Assembly: GCA_013265495.1 (NCBI GenBank)
Contig: MU058198.1
Location: 5,347,779-5,411,778, forward strand
Length of the DNA: 64,000 bases
Direction of reading: 5' to 3'
Origin: Vicugna vicugna
Taxonomy: Eukaryota
A program made the position numbers and the translations under genes. The notes under the pieces are model-generated. The model had not been told where the DNA came from, searched no databases, and was given only the letters and a program-made list of their open reading frames with translations. Positions 59,131 to 64,000 of the stretch are shown here, piece by piece (the stretch's first letter is position 1; each line of letters begins with the position of its first letter).

Positions 59131-59647
59131 TCAGTGTCACTAATATCCTCTTTCTGTTCCAGGATCCAATCCAGGGTGCCATGTTGCATTTAATGTTCCT
59201 GTCTCCCCAGTCTCCTCTGATCTGTCATAGTTTCTCAGTCTTCCCTCACTTTTCATGTCCTTACAGCCTGGAGGACACTGGCCAGGTCCCTTGAAGAACA
59301 TCCTTCAATCTAGGTTAGTCTGATGTATTTCTCATGGTCAGATTGGAGTCTGGGATTTGAGAGGAGAAGACCGCAGAGGTGAGGGGCCCTACGCATCGCA
59401 TCATATCAGGAGGTACGTGGTCATCACATGACACTACTGGTGATGTGAACCTTCATCACTAGTTAAGGTAGGGCTTTCCAGGTTTCTCCACCGTCCAGTT
59501 ACTGTTTTTCCCCCTCCCACACTTTATTCCTTGGAAGCAAGCCATTAAGTCAAGGCTACTCTCTGTAGGGGTTCGAGAGAGATGGGGAAGATTCAGTCCC
59601 ACCCCCCAAAGCGGGGAGTGCCTACGTATATTAAACAGAACTCTTCT
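59131..59647 (-). mobile_element. L1MC-like 3' UTR fragment
   Basis: TTTCTGTTCCAGGATCCAATCCAGG...TTGCATTTA...GTCTGATGT...ACTGGTGATGTGAACCTT...CCAGGTTTCTCCAC. Confidence 0.8.
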
Positions 59648-60299
59648 ATGAGCAACAACTTTCATCCTGTATGGCATTCCACCCCCATTTTACAGGGGCA
59701 GAAAAAGAGGCCCAAGAAAGTTGAGCATCTTGCCTAAGGTAGCTAAATATAGATAATGGAGCCTAAGTTCAAACCTCCATCTCTCTGACCTCAACGCCCA
59801 TTTTCTCTCCACTGCACGGGGTGCCAAGATTTACCAGCGCTGCCCTCTACCCTTTCCTGCTTCAGTTTCCTCCTTGGTAAACCAGTCATCTTTGATGAGA
59901 TCATCACTGCCATCTCCTTGAGATTGAAAATAGTTGGTTTCTGTCACCTATGAAGTGAATTAAATCACTGACTCATAGAGCAACCTGATGAGTCTTTCTC
60001 AGAATTGCCATGTCCTTGACATCAAGCCTGAATCAGGACTGAGTCACCTTGTTTCCAGGTACTAGTGAGATCCTGCGGGGGCAGCAGTTATCACTGCTTC
60101 CCTAGAACTCAGTGGGGTACAAAATGCACTTACCAAGCCCTTGGCCCCCTAGAGAGTAAAATGCACAAGGAAGCATAGAAAGTATTGTTTTTGTTACTAC
60201 TTGGAACTTCATGGCAATGTTTTGCTAGACACCTGTTCCACCTGAAGTACATTCACGACTTATTAATCCTCACAATCCTCTGAACTTTAGATATTTCGC

Positions 60300-60629
60300 T
60301 GATTGAGATCCTCTTTATTGCAAGGCTCAAAAATCCAACCTAAGCTGACTCTAGCGAAAATTAGAAGCTATCATTCCTTCTAACTGAAAAGTCTAGTAAT
60401 AGTTGTTTCAGGTGTGACTGGATCCAGGAGCTACAAAGACATAGGGTTCTTCCTTCCCAGTTTTAAGTGTGTTTCTTTTGTGTTGAGTTTGGTCTCAGGC
60501 AGGTTTTCCCTAAGTTGGAGTGGCATCTTGTCAGCAGAGCAACACCAGTAGAAAAATAAATACCTTTGTTCTAATTGTTCCAGTGACAGTCTCGATCCCA
60601 ACTCTGGTTGGCTGTAATGTGGCCACAAA
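60300..60629 (-). mobile_element. MaLR LTR, MLT1K-like fragment
   Basis: TTGCAAG...TAACTGAAAAGTC...TTCAGGTGTGACTGGATCCAGGAGCT. Confidence 0.6.
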
Positions 60630-61087
60630 CTATCAGTTCTCCACTGGCATAAAAATATTAAGCTAACAAACCACCACCAAGCCCCCATGGTATATAAAAA
60701 TACATTTATCCCTCATGCATCTGGGGTCAATTGTGGGTCAGTTGGTGGCTCTACTGATCTTCGGTGGTCTTCCTCGCCTGTCTAGAGGTTAGTTGGCTAC
60801 CAGGTGAGGCAACTGGGGTCAGTCAGCTCTGTTCCGCATGTCTCTCCTGCAGCAGCCAGCCCGGGTGGGTTCTCATGGTGATGGCAGGGGCACAAGAGTA
60901 GCAAGTGGAAGCACACCAGGCTTTACCAGCACAGTGACTCGCCGTTACTCTGCCATGTCCAATTGACCAAAACACATCAGGAGCCAGCCCCAATGTCACA
61001 ATCCCCCCTTTTGGTACGAGACATGCAATGGCACACATGCAGGGTGCAGTGAAAAACTGGTTCCATTGATACCATCCTTACCCCACA
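60630..61087 (-). mobile_element. MaLR LTR, MLT1H/I-like
   Basis: TAACAAACCACC...CAGCAGCCAGCCCGGG...TTCTCATGGTGATGGCAG...GCAAGTGGAAGCAC...ending CCCACA. Confidence 0.75.
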
Positions 61088-62294
61088 CTGGACTGAGATG
61101 AGTCAGACATGAGCCCTGGGCTCATCTCTGAGTTGAGATGGAAGAATTGACTTCTTCCAAGAGGATAAGTTGGATGGGGCTATTTCTCCAGAGGAACACT
61201 GAGGGGCAAACGAACAAGAGTGCACTACAATACACCCAAACCCACTTCACAGATGGGGAAAGAGACTCAGTCAAGACCTGTGATTTTGGAGGCTTACAGC
61301 TAGAAGGTAGTCAAGTTGTGTTTGGAGTCCAAACCTGCCTTTTATCGAAGTCCATTCATCTTATGTTCCAACTGACTTCTCCCTAAAAACCTTTCACTCC
61401 TATACATACTTTGACACTTTTTCACTCCACTCAAGTATCCAAGTAAAGTGAGCTTTCTTTTTTGCCTTCTACATATTATTTCATGTTGTCATTTTTTTCC
61501 CTAATTTTTTAGTTAAGGTTGATGGACACGTTATAATTTTTTGCCACTTTTGGAAATGACACTCTTTAGCTTCATTTATTTCATCGTGTTATTGCTGTAT
61601 AAAATTCTCTTGATACTAAGTGGGAACTAGGGAGCCTTGACCCTAGGGAGTTTTGAAGGTGACGATCCCCAGCTGGCAAACAAGGGTGACAGCATCTCCT
61701 TCCTCTTGATACATTTTGTGCCTGGGCTATTTGGAGACACGTGGCAACGATGTACCTTGTCACTCAGTGCCCGGGCTTCCTTGCCATCTTCCTGCAAATC
61801 AGTCCTCTGGGACAGGCAGTGGTTTCCTGAAGTTGGCAAAAGCCTTCTAAAGAGACAACTTGAATTGCATTCCTATTCCTGAGCTTGTTGAGATGGGATC
61901 TGATGTTGAAGAGTCTGACAGCATCTAACCCCTGCAATAAATTCTAAGAGCTGAAATCTCCCTTCTGGCAGGGAGCTGGGCTTCCTGAATGGCCTATGAT
62001 GCAGCTGCAGAGAATGAGGGAGGGACGGCACAGCCGTGAAGACGTGAGGAATCCTCTCCCAGGCCCAGGGAATTCCCTCTCCCAGGGAATCAGAGCCAGA
62101 ACCTAAATAGCATCAGAAGCTTCCAAAACAAGCAGTTATGCCTCGGAAAACCTTCAATCCCAAAATAATTCCATGAGGGGCCCAAGGAGGCCAAGAACAG
62201 CCTTGTCCATACACACTGGGCAGCAATGAGCACACGTTCCCATTTCGTATGGAACGTGGACCCTGCGCTCTTCTAGGAATTGCAGAACTGATTT

Positions 62295-63260
62295 GTTTTC
62301 ATGCACTCAACAAATGTTTATTGAGCACCTACTAAGTGCCAAGCACTGGACCACCACGACAGGCAAGACAGAGGAGACCCCTGCCTTCATGGAGCTGGGA
62401 ACCTTGTCATTCTCACAAGGAAGAAGCTGTGGAGTGTGGCTGGAAGGTGGGGGCCAGGAAAGGCAAGGCAAATCTTGGAATGTCGCTGGGGAGGTCTGCA
62501 GCCAGATAAAGGGGTCACAAGCAGCAGTCAAGCCAAGTTAGGCACTAACTGCCTGGAAGGATGGAGGGAGCCTGGAAGTCACTGGATGTGGGTCAGGGCA
62601 CAGTTATATACTCAGAAAATCCCTGCTGAGCATCTTTTTTGTACCAGGCACTACTAGGCGTTGAGAATACACAAGGGACCAAGATGCCCATGGTCATTGC
62701 CCCTCTAGAGATTACAGTTTAGTGAGGGCAGCAGGTGAGGAAATAAGGCAGAGTCCCCTGGGGTGACCGAGAAAGCCCACTGGGCTCTGGGAGTAGAGGA
62801 GGGGAAGGTCCTAATGGGGTAGAAGAGATGGAAGAAGTTAGTGGTGATGACAGCGGAGGCCAGTAAGGGTGCAGGGAGCGAGAGTGGGAAGGGTGCTCCC
62901 GGCTGAGGGCCCACCCTCAGCAAAGCCCCACAGCAGAACAAGCCCAGCACATTTAAGGTCCAGCTCAAAGTCCAGCTGGATGTGGGACGTATGGTGAAAG
63001 ACGAGGCTGGAGAATTGAGCAGCAGCTCAGACAAGAAGGATCTTTGAATCTTTGCGGATCAGTTTGGACTCCATCTTCAGGTCAATAAGAAATCTCAGGG
63101 AAGGGGAGGGTGCAAATCTTAAACCGGTCTGTGACATGGGCAGACTTGCAACATAGGGGGATCCCCATGTCCTTAGCGTGCCCAGTGGATAAGGGAGGGC
63201 AAGACGGGAGACAGACAGTTAAGGAGAGGCTATTTTAGCAAGATAGGGGGCCGCCATGCT
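62295..63260 (-). mobile_element. Two adjacent L2 fragments
   Basis: TCAACAAATGTTTATTGAGCACCTACTAAGTGCCAAGCACTG near 62307; CTGAGCATCT...CCAGGCACTACTAGG...CAGCAAAGCCC from about 62620. Confidence 0.7.
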
Positions 63261-64000
63261 GGGAGCACGTGAGCTGACGCTGCATGATGGTTTTGGGCAC
63301 TGTGTCAGCAGGAAATCCCCAAGCCATGCAGCAGTGGGTTTGAGCTGGTGCAATGCAGGTTTCCAGGGAAGGGGCCTCATGGGGTTTCCCTGGAGGGACA
63401 GAAAGGGTGGGAATTAGGGCCCCAAATAGAGAGGGTAGTAGTATTTGGAGCTAAGCAGGGCACCCCTTCAACCTGCAGGGCTTTACTTTGATCTACTGTA
63501 CGTACATTTTGGTTGAAAAAGTAGATTCAGCTCCTAATAAAAAATGCTTTTTGACAGATGAATAAAAGGTTGGACTGGGAGACTCGTCAGGGCTCTCCCA
63601 CCTCGATTCTCAGGTTCTGTGAATCAGAAGCACAGAGAGGGGGTCTGGCTGGGCTCCTGGATGCTAGAGCCCAGCAGAGAGGACTAGAAGACGTGGTCAC
63701 TGAAACACAGGCCCTGGGAGATGCTGTCAGAGCCCTCGCCCTGCTCTCAGCCTCCAAATGATGATTTTTAAAAATGCACAGGGAAGGAGAGGATGCTCCA
63801 AGCAGTTGCTTTACAGGCAAAACCACCCAAAGCAACAACACTGGCTCACAGCACAGCATCTGGCATCGGGGTGGAAATGCCCGTGTTAGAAAACCGGGCA
63901 ATTAGAGGTTCCAAGAAGCAGTTACATAAGCTGGAGGATTTCCTCGGAGCTGTTCTGAGTCAGGATGAGGGTGAGAGGAGAGGCATGGGAGGAAGAAATT

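Noticed and set aside
1..64000. CRISPR array, rRNA, NUMT, viral ORF, processed pseudogene or canonical CpG island
   Set aside because: No regularly spaced repeats, no recognisable rRNA, mitochondrial or viral sequence, no mRNA-like ORF with poly(A) and TSD, and CpG enrichment is only patchy. Short or diverged cases could be missed without a search

Overview
Non-coding eutherian genomic DNA, most likely from a camelid (camel, llama or alpaca): it carries two copies of the camelid tRNA-Ala-derived Vic-1-type SINE and cetartiodactyl-type L1 3' ends. I find no credible protein-coding exon, RNA gene, CRISPR array or prokaryotic-type system. The ORFs I could assign are transposon remnants or simple-repeat artefacts, and the rest look like chance frames. 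By eye roughly half the window is ancient interspersed repeat: MIR, L2, L3/CR1, MaLR MLT1, ERVL (MLT2, LTR16, LTR33, MER74-like), ERV1 MER31, hAT (MER20, MER53) and old L1M. These are often nested and are separated by repeat-free islands with clustered developmental TF motifs, which fits a gene desert or large intron with enhancers. The oddest items are: (i) an orphan ~215-bp insert that splits a MIR and carries an exon-like 75-nt cassette; (ii) a tail-less internal L2 fragment lodged inside an L1; (iii) a 421-bp pyrimidine microsatellite with higher-order structure facing an inverted purine tract. Repeat family names come from my recall of consensus sequences, not from a search, and boundaries are approximate (about 10-30 bp) unless target-site duplications (TSDs) are given. 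I found no strong evidence of a new biological system.
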